Below are positions 38,401-47,384 of a stretch of 64,000 nucleotides of DNA, in pieces. The stretch comes from Spirochaetia bacterium (GTDB taxonomy: Bacteria; Spirochaetota; Spirochaetia; UBA9216), in assembly GCA_963677925.2 (NCBI GenBank), contig CAXXYH010000004.1, forward strand, positions 1,920,001-1,984,000, read 5' to 3'. The notes below the pieces were generated by a model. That model saw only the letters and a list, made by a program, of their open reading frames with translations, made no database searches and was not told the DNA's origin. Each line of letters begins with the position of its first letter. The stretch's first letter is position 1. The position numbers were made by a program, and so were the translations under genes.

Positions 38401-38829
38401 ACATGCGCTTGAGCAGATAAGATCACCGCAGTATTTTTCAAGGATCTCATCATCAATTCTGGGTTTGTAGTAGAAACCTTCAGTATATCCGGCTGAACTC
38501 AGCTCTATGAGATTCCGGTATCCCTTCTCGCTTTTTGCCAGAAGAATCAGGTGGTTGTATTTATTTCCTGTTTCCGAGCCTGATTTGACAAAGCGCGAAC
38601 CGGGGGCAACATAAAGTTCACATCCGACAACAGGGTTTATTCCGGCTGATTTGCATTCCTCATAGAAACGGAGTGCTCCGAACATATTACCGTGATCAGT
38701 AATTGCAGCATGCTTCATTCCCAGGGATACAGCTTTTGCGACAATCTTCTTTATGGAGGAAGCTCCGTCGAGAAGTGAATAATCAGTATGTGTATGAAGG
38801 TGAACGAAATCAGGTATATTATTCACCAC
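35404..38829 (-). CDS. dnaE: DNA polymerase III alpha subunit
   Basis: PHP domain HLHTHTDYSLLDG, GRGSGAGS, PDFDIDF, GYGFNKSH, OB fold. Confidence 0.97.
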   Translation of the reverse strand: MVNNIPDFVHLHTHTDYSLLDGASSIKKIVAKAVSLGMKHAAITDHGNMFGALRFYEECKSAGINPVVGCELYVAPGSRFVKSGSETGNKYNHLILLAKSEKGYRNLIELSSAGYTEGFYYKPRIDDEILEKYCGDLICSSACLAGEIPSLIMSGKNDEALEKAGFYNELFGKGNFYLELQDHGIPEQKTVNKAIIEISKKTGISMIATNDSHYIDREDANAQDILLCIGTGRHKNETNRMTFDTQEFYFKNQQEMYEIFREVPEALSNTVELAEKCSIDIKYPGPLLPVYDIPAPHKGPGDYLRALTYEGLEFRYPGYGPEIKERADFELDTIISMDFPSYFLIVWDFIHWAHENDIPVGPGRGSGAGSIVAYALRITDIDPLKYELLFERFLNPERVSMPDFDIDFCFERRQEVINYVTEKYGKEKVGQIITFGTLKTKAVLKDVARVLDIPFSESDAISKLVPNELKMSLNKALEMEPKLKEYSERGGIYNELFDTARRLEGLSRHASTHAAGIVIGQTKLTDYVPLYRDKTGAISTQYTMDQIEPQGLVKMDFLGLKTLTLIKNTETLVRKKIPDFSIENIPEDDEPTFKMLSEGKSTCIFQFESSGMQGILKQAQPNSIEDLIALNALYRPGPMQYIPQFIDSKSGKTPITYPDPALEETLKPTYGVIVYQEQVMKVAQIIGGFSLGKADILRRAMGKKKEKEMDKMKIEFIEGAVAQGLDKKHADNIFEMLKPFAGYGFNKSHAAAYSVLAYQTAYLKANFPAEFMAANLTNEINSPDKLTQYIAEANGMGIELCPPDMNLSDMKFTVVDDKIIYGLIGIKNVGEAAVEEILKQREKGGKFKSFIDFIERVDLKTVNRKVIETSIQTGLFDSLGENRATLMHNLDRILEFTSRSKADQGVGQTSLFDDPEHTEFHSIELEPVEEWPKKELLNFEKDFLGFYCSGHPMDSYRKMWEKVTNIDLSNLERASNGKKYKLIGMIKTFRSLITKKGDKMAFAELEDFRGSIETVIFPKTLAAYETMIRTDEVYGFEGEFDNTRGKPTLKLEKILQPEEIDGASTAELHIRLCGSNGDEESLYELRNTLIHFTGSSPVYLHINGNRSETIIKASNQILVNPTNELFETVKTKAEVTDIWKE

Positions 38830-38884
38830 AAAATATTACCCCGAGAGAGGTCATTTATTCAATAAGAACTTGCATCTGTCTTGC

Positions 38885-39742
38885 CTAAATAAGGTCATTG
38901 AGGTAGTGAATAAAGGATAGAAGCAGCCCTTCGATCTGCTGCTGATGAAACAGCGAAATGGGCGGTGTCTGATTTTTCAGTGCTGTAGCCAGCCTGTTGA
39001 ACACCGGCTCCTCGGGTATTCCGAAAATAGGCAGCTTTCTGCCCGAAAGAGCGTCTTCAAATTCCCTTGCCCTGAATATTCCGTCGTTTTCATATCCGGC
39101 TGAAAATTTGATTTCAGTCAGGACCTCTTTCTGAATATTTGCAAGGCTGCAGAATGTAAGCACTCCGGGAAAATCGCATTTCAGATTGCCGCTGACCATG
39201 AATTTCTGGAAATTATAATTATTAAAGGGGATTCTGATTCTTGTCAGAATTTCACCCTGCTGAAGTCCTGTTTCAGGATTATCAAATTTCCGCATGGTAA
39301 CCCAGCGGGAGCCTCCGTGTTTTCTGAGTTCCAGTCTTACATCAAGCAGAATGAAAAGCGGATGCAGTGATTTGATCCGGTAGCTGCTGCAGAGATTCCC
39401 GCCTATTGTTGCGAGATTTCTGATTTCATTGGTTCCAATGCTCTGCAGCGCCCTGAACAGAGCCGGTTTCAGAACATGTTCGCCGATTCCGAGAATCCTG
39501 TTGAGTTTAGCGCAGGCTCCTATTTCCAGATAGCCCTCAGAACGCCTTATTGCTGCAAGTTCTTCAATCCTTGAAAGAAAGAGTATATTCCTGTTGAGAT
39601 TCGGGTATTTCTCCGACCTGCTGCTCATAATACCGGTTCCGCCCGCATATATCATGCTGTCGGGCATGGATTTATAAAGTGTGAGCAGTTCATTTACGGT
39701 TTTCGGGTAATAGACCAGGGGTGAGCGGCGGTTTTTCATCAT
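38885..39742 (-). CDS. xanthine/CO dehydrogenase-family FAD-binding subunit
   Basis: YAGGTG and IRNLATIGGNL. Start moved to ATG39742, overlapping the upstream stop. Confidence 0.82.
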   Translation of the reverse strand: MMKNRRSPLVYYPKTVNELLTLYKSMPDSMIYAGGTGIMSSRSEKYPNLNRNILFLSRIEELAAIRRSEGYLEIGACAKLNRILGIGEHVLKPALFRALQSIGTNEIRNLATIGGNLCSSYRIKSLHPLFILLDVRLELRKHGGSRWVTMRKFDNPETGLQQGEILTRIRIPFNNYNFQKFMVSGNLKCDFPGVLTFCSLANIQKEVLTEIKFSAGYENDGIFRAREFEDALSGRKLPIFGIPEEPVFNRLATALKNQTPPISLFHQQQIEGLLLSFIHYLNDLI

Positions 39743-40221
39743 CTTCTGCGTTCTCCCCTGAACTCCCTGTTCCTGAATGCCCGTTTTACAGCCTGTGAAA
39801 AACTTGAAACGGGGGTGCAGTTGCATACATGGTCAGATAACAGCAGCATTATATCATTCATCTCGGGTTCCCGCCTGTTTTCAATCAGTCTGTGAACAGC
39901 AAGAACCTTACCTGAAAAGCAGTAGGGGCAGGGGATGCATTTTTCGGCAGTCAGAGCTTCAATTATATCAGTGTAGTCCCTGGTCTGGGAAAATCCCTCG
40001 ATGGTGATAATTCGCTTTGCCCTTACCGTAAAGACAGGAACCTGGCATGATGGAACCGGTTGGCCGTCAAGCAGAACCGTACAGCTTCCGCATTCTCCGC
40101 TTGTGCATGCTTTTTTGGTCTGGGTGAGTCCGAAATCCTCCCGGATTACATCAATAAGTCTTTTTTCCGGCGGGGCATCAACAGATACTTTTTTCCCGTT
40201 AAGTGAAAAATCAATCGTCAT
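39739..40221 (-). CDS. xanthine/CO dehydrogenase-family [2Fe-2S] subunit
   Basis: CTSGECGSC..SC and CPYC..CNC. Confidence 0.88.
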   Translation of the reverse strand: MTIDFSLNGKKVSVDAPPEKRLIDVIREDFGLTQTKKACTSGECGSCTVLLDGQPVPSCQVPVFTVRAKRIITIEGFSQTRDYTDIIEALTAEKCIPCPYCFSGKVLAVHRLIENRREPEMNDIMLLLSDHVCNCTPVSSFSQAVKRAFRNREFRGERRR

Positions 40222-42307
40222 TTTTTATCTCCGCTGGAAGGGTCTTGCTGTCAAAGAAATGAAAAAGCTGTTCAGGCGATGACGGCAGGTCACTGGTATG
40301 TATTCCCAGCCCCATGTTGATCGCCGAGGTCACAGCAGCAGGAATCAGACAGTCCGGCAGATCACCTATGCCGCCCGGCTTGGGATCTCTGCTTTTGAGA
40401 AAATCTATTCTTACAGGTATATGATTCAGCGGCTGAGGAGGTGCCGCAGGGGTATTGTTATCCTGATGCCGGGTATCAGTGATGGGGAATAGTGTCCTCA
40501 TTACAGAGCGGTAAATTTCAGTTTCCAGCTCTGCCCGGGCCAGGGTTTCATCAACAACCTTACCGCAGTCAACAGCAAGCCAGACGCCCCGCACCGTTGT
40601 ATCCATGCTGATTGGATCTGTTGCTGTTTCTACAACTGCGGCGCCCCAGGATACCGTTGAAAAAGGGGTTCCTGTGAAAGTTTCAGGATCCCAGCTGCTG
40701 CTGCCCGAAAGCCTGTAGCTTCGTTTAACTTCTATGGGAAGAGGCAGCCTGAACCGGCTTTTTTTGATGGCGTTGCAGCACTTTTCTATCAGTGAGGTGA
40801 TTACGGTAATATTACGTGAAAAAAGAGATGGACCGGAGTCCGGTACGAGGGAGGTGCTGGTTGATTCAATCATAACATCATCAGTCTCGAGTTCAAGGAT
40901 TTCCCCGGCGATTTTCTTCCAGAGCGCGGTTGTCTGAAAATTTTCGGGTACTGCCGATGTCATTATTGATAATTTTCCCTCCTTATCAAGCCTTACCGAT
41001 ACGGTATACTTCTCATTCTCTTCGATTTTTCCCATAAAGCCGTTGCCCTGGCAGCAGAGGGATATTCCTATTCCCCTTCTTTTGCCGGAAAATTTATTCA
41101 AATCCCTGTTTACGAGTGTGTATGAAGCCTGTTTGCGGCTGAAATCTGAAGCTGAAGCCACCAGCTCAAGCAGTTTTTTCAAATGCAGGTTTTTACGGTT
41201 TTCCCAGCCGATGGGAAGCTGGCTGTATGACTGTGCAATATTTCTGAACCGCCATTCCAGAGTGTCGAGGTTTGATTCTGCGGCAAGCCTGTTATTGTGG
41301 ATTTCTGCAGCCAGAAAGCCCTGGTGAAAGCCCATTCCGTTGAAAGCTCCGGCTGGAGGCATGTTTGTTATTATTGTTCTGGCCTTTACTTCAAGAGCTG
41401 GAACTTTATATACACCCGAAGCTGAGAAGCAAAGTCTGTTCACTACCTCATCGGAGAGCATCGGATAGGCTCCTGTGTTGAGACTGATGTCAATACTTCT
41501 GCAGATTACATGTCCATTCTCGTCCATACCTGTTTTATGTGTAATTACTGCTTCGGCTCTTCCGGGGGTGTAGAGGATGGATTCTTTTTTAGGCAGAAGG
41601 CAAATCGAGGGCTTTCCGGTTTTCCATGTAACAAGTGCCGAATAGCAGGCAAGCAGGCCTGCGTACCAGAGCTTCCCGCTGTGAGTTTTTCCCATGGAGG
41701 GCACCCTGATTGTGACATCCGCCGGTTTTATTCCTATTACTGAGGCTACGTTATCCCTTACATTAAAGGGCCACTGGGTAGCGCTGATAAGTTCAATACT
41801 GTCGCCGTTTCTGACGGCAGTAGCTCCCTGAGGTTCCAAATCATAATGATGCTGGGGGGCTGTCCGGTATGTTTCTTCTACTACAATTGAAGCTTTGCTG
41901 AAATTTTTTGCAGGTTTTCCTTTTGTGAAAAGAATCTCACGATCAACCTGCTGCTGAGCAAAATCATCAAACTCAAGAGATTGTTCTGTTTCTTCATATT
42001 CAATCACTATTTCGGAAGCAAGGTCATCAAGATCTCTTTCATCCGGCCCGTATATAAGCAGGACGGCTTCTCCCTGATAATTAACCTTTCCATTGCATAA
42101 AATCGGCATGCTGCGGTTGAAAACCTGAAGATTTGTATGTCCTGGAATAGTTGAAAAATCAATTATGCCGTAGTCCTCAGGCATTTCGGGCAGAGAAACA
42201 GATTTTATAATTCCGGATCTTACGGTCGAGCGTATTATCCTGATTACAGTCATTCCTGCTGTATAATAATCACAGATAAATTTTTTACCTTTATGGGTAT
42301 CCGGCAT
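40211..42307 (-). CDS. xanthine dehydrogenase-family molybdopterin-binding-like subunit, degenerate
   Basis: Overall XdhB/CoxL layout (LEP, ATQ, GAY, DCG), but the Moco motifs are altered. Confidence 0.78.
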   Translation of the reverse strand: MPDTHKGKKFICDYYTAGMTVIRIIRSTVRSGIIKSVSLPEMPEDYGIIDFSTIPGHTNLQVFNRSMPILCNGKVNYQGEAVLLIYGPDERDLDDLASEIVIEYEETEQSLEFDDFAQQQVDREILFTKGKPAKNFSKASIVVEETYRTAPQHHYDLEPQGATAVRNGDSIELISATQWPFNVRDNVASVIGIKPADVTIRVPSMGKTHSGKLWYAGLLACYSALVTWKTGKPSICLLPKKESILYTPGRAEAVITHKTGMDENGHVICRSIDISLNTGAYPMLSDEVVNRLCFSASGVYKVPALEVKARTIITNMPPAGAFNGMGFHQGFLAAEIHNNRLAAESNLDTLEWRFRNIAQSYSQLPIGWENRKNLHLKKLLELVASASDFSRKQASYTLVNRDLNKFSGKRRGIGISLCCQGNGFMGKIEENEKYTVSVRLDKEGKLSIMTSAVPENFQTTALWKKIAGEILELETDDVMIESTSTSLVPDSGPSLFSRNITVITSLIEKCCNAIKKSRFRLPLPIEVKRSYRLSGSSSWDPETFTGTPFSTVSWGAAVVETATDPISMDTTVRGVWLAVDCGKVVDETLARAELETEIYRSVMRTLFPITDTRHQDNNTPAAPPQPLNHIPVRIDFLKSRDPKPGGIGDLPDCLIPAAVTSAINMGLGIHTSDLPSSPEQLFHFFDSKTLPAEIKNDD

Positions 42308-43491
42308 TAAACTCTCCTGAATGATTCAGTGCCTATATCAAGTACTGCCTTGATTATCCTCGAAATATCATCATCAGTCAAACCAGGGTAAATCGGCAGG
42401 CTGAAAGAATTTATAAACCTGTTGAGGCTGTTGGGAAAGTCTTCAGGCCTGAATCCGTATCTCTTTTTATAGTAACTCATAAGATGAAGGGGTTTGTAAT
42501 GAACCGATGTGCCTATTCCCAGTTCCCCGAGTCTGAAAACAAACTCATCCCTGTCTATGTTGAGCCTTCCGGGAACAAGCCCGGCTATGTAGAGATGCCA
42601 GGAATTCTGTGCAGGGGCGGGCGGCAGTCTGATAAATCCGCAGTCGGAGAAGGCTTCGCTGTATCTTCGTGCAATTTCCTCCCTTCGGGATTTCATGGCT
42701 CCGGCTTTTTTCAGCTGAACCAGTCCTATGGAAGAAGCGATATCTGTCAGGTTGTATTTAAAGCCGGGAGCGGCTATGTCGTATTCCCAGGAGTTTTTTC
42801 CTTTGCTCTGATACCTGTTCCAGGCCTCCCTGTCAAAACCGTGAAAACGCATCAGCTTCATCCGGGCGGCGGCTTCTTCGTTATCAGTGATTACCATGCC
42901 GCCTTCGCCGGTAGCAATGCATTTTGTAGCATAGAATGAATACACAAGCATTGTGCTGCTTCCGGAAAGAGAGTCCTGCTCAGGCTGCAGATGTGCGCCG
43001 TCCTCAATAACAGCCAGTGATGCTGAAGAAGCTATATCATTGATGGTCTTCATGTCGCAGAGACAGCCGCCTGTGTGAACGGGAATTACAGCGCTGATTC
43101 TGCGGCTTTCACCTCTACGGTTTTTCTCCAGCGCGGCTTCAATGCCCTCCGGTGAAATCAGAAAGCTGTCGTCTTCAATGTCGACAAAAAGCGGATCGGC
43201 GCCGGTGTATCTGATAATTTCAGCTGAGGCTGTAAATGTGTAGGGTGTGGTTATTACCAGATCGCCGCTTTCGGTTCCGGCGGCTTCGAGTGCAAGGTGC
43301 AGGCCGGCTGTCGCGGAATTTACTGCCAGTGCATGTGATGCCGATGTGATGTCGGCAACTGCATTCTCAAATTCAGCGGTTACTTTGCCTGTAGTAAGCC
43401 AGCCGCTGCGGATAACCTCTGCTGCGGCATCGGCTTCTTCATCGTTGAACCATGGCTTTGCAAAGGGAATAAAATCAGTATTCTGCTTCAT
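42307..43491 (-). CDS. DegT/DnrJ/EryC1/StrS sugar aminotransferase
   Basis: IPFAKP, NSATAGLH, EDGAH, SFYATK..TGEGG. Start moved to ATG43491. Confidence 0.92.
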   Translation of the reverse strand: MKQNTDFIPFAKPWFNDEEADAAAEVIRSGWLTTGKVTAEFENAVADITSASHALAVNSATAGLHLALEAAGTESGDLVITTPYTFTASAEIIRYTGADPLFVDIEDDSFLISPEGIEAALEKNRRGESRRISAVIPVHTGGCLCDMKTINDIASSASLAVIEDGAHLQPEQDSLSGSSTMLVYSFYATKCIATGEGGMVITDNEEAAARMKLMRFHGFDREAWNRYQSKGKNSWEYDIAAPGFKYNLTDIASSIGLVQLKKAGAMKSRREEIARRYSEAFSDCGFIRLPPAPAQNSWHLYIAGLVPGRLNIDRDEFVFRLGELGIGTSVHYKPLHLMSYYKKRYGFRPEDFPNSLNRFINSFSLPIYPGLTDDDISRIIKAVLDIGTESFRRV

Positions 43492-44962
43492 CTTCCGGTA
43501 TCTCCAGTGCGGGAATATAGGTCTGGAGTGTTTCCCGGAGCCTTCTCCGGTTCCGGTAGTACTGCTCAAAACCAGGGGTGAAAAAACATACGCAGGAAAG
43601 TTTTTCTATAAGTGTTTTCATGCTTCCGTTGAAGCGAATTTTTTTGTCGAGTTTTATAATTCCGGGAAAGTCTGTTTCAAGCGGCTTTTCATCATCGGCC
43701 CAGAGTTTTTCTTCAAGTTTTTCACCCGGTCGGAGTCCAATAATATTTACCGGGATATCTTTTTCTGGTCTGAAACCGTAGAATCTTATCATCTGGTCGG
43801 CCAGATCCTTGATTCGGATTGGATCCCCCATATCAAGAAGGTAGAGATTTCCTCCCTTTCCTACGCCTCCGGCCTTGAGCACAAGAGAGGCTGCTTCAGG
43901 GATGGTCATGAAGTATCTGGTAATATCGGGGTGGGTGATTGTAACAGGACCGCCTTTGCTGATCTGCTTTTGAAAGAGCGGGACAATACTGCCCCTTGAG
44001 CCCAGAACATTTCCAAAACGTACGGCCATCATCTCGGTTTTCCCATAGTTTTGGTCGCTGTTTCCCGCCAGTACGATTTCCTCGGCTAGCATCTTGGACG
44101 AACCGTAAATGCTGACAGGTTCAACCGCCTTGTCAGTCGATATCAGTACAAATTTTGAAACCCCGGCTTTTTTAGCGGCTTCAACAATATTCTTTGTTCC
44201 GAAGACGTTGTTCTTTATAGCTTCGACGGGATTTGTTTCCATCATAGGCACATGCTTGTATGCGGCACAGTGAAAGATAACATCCGCTTTAAGTCTCGAA
44301 AGGATAAAATCAATGAATTCGCTGTCCTGAAGGTCTCCTACAACCGGTACGATTGTAGCTGCTTCACCGACGCCCTCTTCCTGAAGAAGCTTCAGTTCAG
44401 CATCTATTTCATAGAGGCTGTTCTCTCCGTGATCAAGCAGGTAGAGTCTCTGAGCTCCGCCGTATAGAAGCTGTCTGGAGAGTTCAGATCCTATGCTGCC
44501 GCCGGCTCCGGTTATCAGAACACGCTTTCCCCTGAGATAACTCAGACTTTCCTTTAATGATATGACTGCAGAGGCCCGGCCAAGCAGGTCCTGGGCTGAT
44601 ATCTCTCTGGTTTGTATAAGGTGGGCATCACCGTCAATTATCTGTGAAATTCCAGGCAGCAGCCGGATCTTTTTAAGCTCGGTGTCCTTGAGGATGGAGT
44701 ATATTCTTTTGAGATTATCGCCGGGGGTGCTCGGGATTGCTATGATGGCCTCATCTGCAGGGTTTTCTGCAATTATGCTTCGGGCATTATCGATAGGCCC
44801 GTAAACAGGAATCCCCTCGATTTTTTCGCCTATCTTACCGGGCGAGTCATCGATGAATCCTATGACCCTGCCGAATATTCCCTTTTTTATGAGTTCTGCG
44901 GCAATTTCCTGACCGGCGAAACCAGCACCGATGATGTAGATTCGATTACTCTTGCTTTCCAT
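43475..44962 (-). CDS. UDP-sugar 4,6-dehydratase (CapD/PglF family), without N-terminal TM region
   Basis: TGAGGSIGSE, AAYKHVP, STDKAV, RFGNVLGSRGS, GLRPGEK. Confidence 0.92.
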   Translation of the reverse strand: MESKSNRIYIIGAGFAGQEIAAELIKKGIFGRVIGFIDDSPGKIGEKIEGIPVYGPIDNARSIIAENPADEAIIAIPSTPGDNLKRIYSILKDTELKKIRLLPGISQIIDGDAHLIQTREISAQDLLGRASAVISLKESLSYLRGKRVLITGAGGSIGSELSRQLLYGGAQRLYLLDHGENSLYEIDAELKLLQEEGVGEAATIVPVVGDLQDSEFIDFILSRLKADVIFHCAAYKHVPMMETNPVEAIKNNVFGTKNIVEAAKKAGVSKFVLISTDKAVEPVSIYGSSKMLAEEIVLAGNSDQNYGKTEMMAVRFGNVLGSRGSIVPLFQKQISKGGPVTITHPDITRYFMTIPEAASLVLKAGGVGKGGNLYLLDMGDPIRIKDLADQMIRFYGFRPEKDIPVNIIGLRPGEKLEEKLWADDEKPLETDFPGIIKLDKKIRFNGSMKTLIEKLSCVCFFTPGFEQYYRNRRRLRETLQTYIPALEIPEDEAEY

Positions 44963-45500
44963 TCTTCTCTTCTGTCGATTTTATAACATCAAATGCAAGA
45001 TCTACAAGCAAAGAATTATCATTTAATTCCAGTTTTATTTTAGCACGGCATTTTCTGCGGTCAACCTTTTGAATTATTCCCTCCAGACCCATCATCGGAC
45101 CCGAAATTACCTCAATCCGGTTATCCTGATTAAAGATTACCTTCGAATGTTCAATTATTTCCCCGAACGAAAGGAAGTGTCTGAGTATTTCCGAATCATG
45201 GCGCGAAAGAGGCTGTATATTTTTATTATCTTTCAGGAATCTGTAAAAGCCCGGGGTTCTGCGGATAATCCAGTGAAGTTCACTGTCAATTTCCTCTCCG
45301 CAGTAGAAAACATATCCCGGATACAGCGGTTTAAGGTTTCTGCGGACAACTCCGCCCTTTCGTTCGCTGAGCCGCCTCCGGGGCCAGATTATGTCTCTGC
45401 ATTTATCCTCGGAATAGCCGGCATTCTTCATTTTGAGCTTTACAAGACGGATAAAATTATCTTCTTTACCTGTTCTTACCTGAACAGCGTAGTAATTCAT
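44946..45500 (-). CDS. NusG-paralogue antiterminator (LoaP/UpxY-like)
   Basis: YAVQVRTGKE, PLYPGYVF, KOW motif ISGPMMGLEG and the basic VDRRKCRA stretch. Confidence 0.85.
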   Translation of the reverse strand: MNYYAVQVRTGKEDNFIRLVKLKMKNAGYSEDKCRDIIWPRRRLSERKGGVVRRNLKPLYPGYVFYCGEEIDSELHWIIRRTPGFYRFLKDNKNIQPLSRHDSEILRHFLSFGEIIEHSKVIFNQDNRIEVISGPMMGLEGIIQKVDRRKCRAKIKLELNDNSLLVDLAFDVIKSTEEKNGKQE

Positions 45501-46759
45501 TTTTTCAGTCTCAGGTTTTTCTTTATCTCTTTAAGCTTTTCAGATTCAACCGGATCGGCTTTAACCCTGTCGAAGTATTCCATTATAAAAGCTGCAAATA
45601 TTGAAAGAAACATGACGGCAATGGTAACTATCATGCATATCTTGGAACGGCTGGGTCTTGCCTTCAGCTCAGGGATCTCGGCTCGTTCGATTATCTGAAA
45701 CTGTTTTGAATTATCAGCCTCTTCAAGTTTTACCGATTCAAGCTGGCTTTTTATTGTAAGGTAGAGCTGGCTCTGCAGTTCCACATCGCTTTTAAGGTTC
45801 AGATAGATTGCAGACAGCTCCGGAAGCTTGTTCTGCGGAATATAGTCGGATGATGAGGAGTAATCCTTGAAGCCGGCAGTCTTGGCATTTATAAGTTCTC
45901 TGAGATCGCCTATTTCGTTTTCAAGTCTCTTCACCTGAGGATCATCAGCCCTGCGTTTTTCCTGAAGATTCTTAAGTTCGACTTCCTTCTGGATGAGGTT
46001 TGAGTTCATCTGGGTAAGTTCGGTAATCTGAGCGGCGGTCTGGGTTTCTATATCCACAATCCCGTAGGTTTTCTGAAAATCAATAAGCTTGTTCTGAGAT
46101 TTGGTAAGTACGGCTTCCTGATCGGCGATGCGTTCTTCAAGAAAGGCCTTCTTTGTAATTATATTCTCCATAGTAAGGCCGCGGAATCTCTCTTCGAGAA
46201 GTTCAAGTGAACGGTTTACAACTTTTGTGGCAAATTCTCTGTCTGTATTCTCATATCCAATTGTCATGAAGCCTGTACTTGAATCAAAATCTGTTTTAAG
46301 GTTATCTTTATACATTCTCCGGCTTGAAGATACAGGATTTTTTTCTATACCGTATAATTCTACGAAATTAAACTCTTCAGCAATCTGGTCTGCAATGGTG
46401 TTCCCGACGATGAGAGCCTGAGCCAGATCAGCATTGGACGAGCCCCCGCTTGAGCCTACGAGTCCGGAGAGTATTCCAAGGTCGCTGCTGTTGAGGATGC
46501 TCTGGATCCCCGATGAACTTGATGATTCCTGCAGGCGGACGATAACCTCGGGTTTGAAGATGTTGGGCAGCTTGTTAAAAGGGGAATCAGGCGGAAGCAC
46601 CAGTGAAAGAACTGAATAACCTGCAATAAAGACAGCAGCGGCGAAGGTGCTGAAAAAAATGAACTTCCATCTTTTTGCCAGTACTCCGATTAGGTCCATC
46701 AATGATATTTCATCTTCTTCCTGTTCTGTTACTGTAGGCTGAATGTTTTCGCTGGGCAT
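45497..46759 (-). CDS. Wzz/GumC-like polysaccharide co-polymerase (no kinase domain)
   Basis: DEISLMDL, two terminal TM helices, coiled coil, PELKARPSR. Start moved to ATG46759. Confidence 0.85.
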   Translation of the reverse strand: MPSENIQPTVTEQEEDEISLMDLIGVLAKRWKFIFFSTFAAAVFIAGYSVLSLVLPPDSPFNKLPNIFKPEVIVRLQESSSSSGIQSILNSSDLGILSGLVGSSGGSSNADLAQALIVGNTIADQIAEEFNFVELYGIEKNPVSSSRRMYKDNLKTDFDSSTGFMTIGYENTDREFATKVVNRSLELLEERFRGLTMENIITKKAFLEERIADQEAVLTKSQNKLIDFQKTYGIVDIETQTAAQITELTQMNSNLIQKEVELKNLQEKRRADDPQVKRLENEIGDLRELINAKTAGFKDYSSSSDYIPQNKLPELSAIYLNLKSDVELQSQLYLTIKSQLESVKLEEADNSKQFQIIERAEIPELKARPSRSKICMIVTIAVMFLSIFAAFIMEYFDRVKADPVESEKLKEIKKNLRLKK

Positions 46760-46847
46760 AGACTCTCCGGTTTTGAATATTACATTGTAAACTATCACGA
46801 TAATCGAATAGCTTCAAGATTGGACATGCAATTCCGATAATCAGTAT

Positions 46848-47324
46848 ATGAAACTGAAATTTATATTTACTGCAATATTAATCATGACAGCATCTTTAGT
46901 AAGCGCAGAAACAGTCATTCTCTGTATCGATGACAATAATCCGGCGATAGAGAGAGAGGATTGGCCGGTTACAGTTGCCAGATGCTTTGAAGACGGTATT
47001 ATGGATGTCTTTTTTGAGCAGGGACATATAATCACTAATGTGCTGCTTAATCAGCTCGATGAGAGCAAGACCGCTGATTTTGCAAAGGAATGCGGAGCCG
47101 GGCTGGTGCTACATGTAAGAGTCATTTATCCTGATGTAATTGGAGATAATCTTCCGGTACCCGAGAGGGCGGAATACAGCCTCAGTGATGATAAGGGAAA
47201 GAATATTATACAAACAGAGGAACTCCGGCTTGATGAACTCAACTCCGATATAGCTCAGGATATTCTTGATGTATTCACGCTGGCCGGAAAAATCATCGGT
47301 GAACACGCCGTTTCAGGTATCTGA
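46848..47324 (+). CDS. secreted hypothetical protein
   Basis: Signal peptide (VSA), EDGIMDVFFEQGHIITN. Confidence 0.72.
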   Translation: MKLKFIFTAILIMTASLVSAETVILCIDDNNPAIEREDWPVTVARCFEDGIMDVFFEQGHIITNVLLNQLDESKTADFAKECGAGLVLHVRVIYPDVIGDNLPVPERAEYSLSDDKGKNIIQTEELRLDELNSDIAQDILDVFTLAGKIIGEHAVSGI

Positions 47325-47384
47325 GGTGTAAATAAATATAAACATGCGTAGATTTTATTCCGATTAATGGAACAGGAGTCTCTT

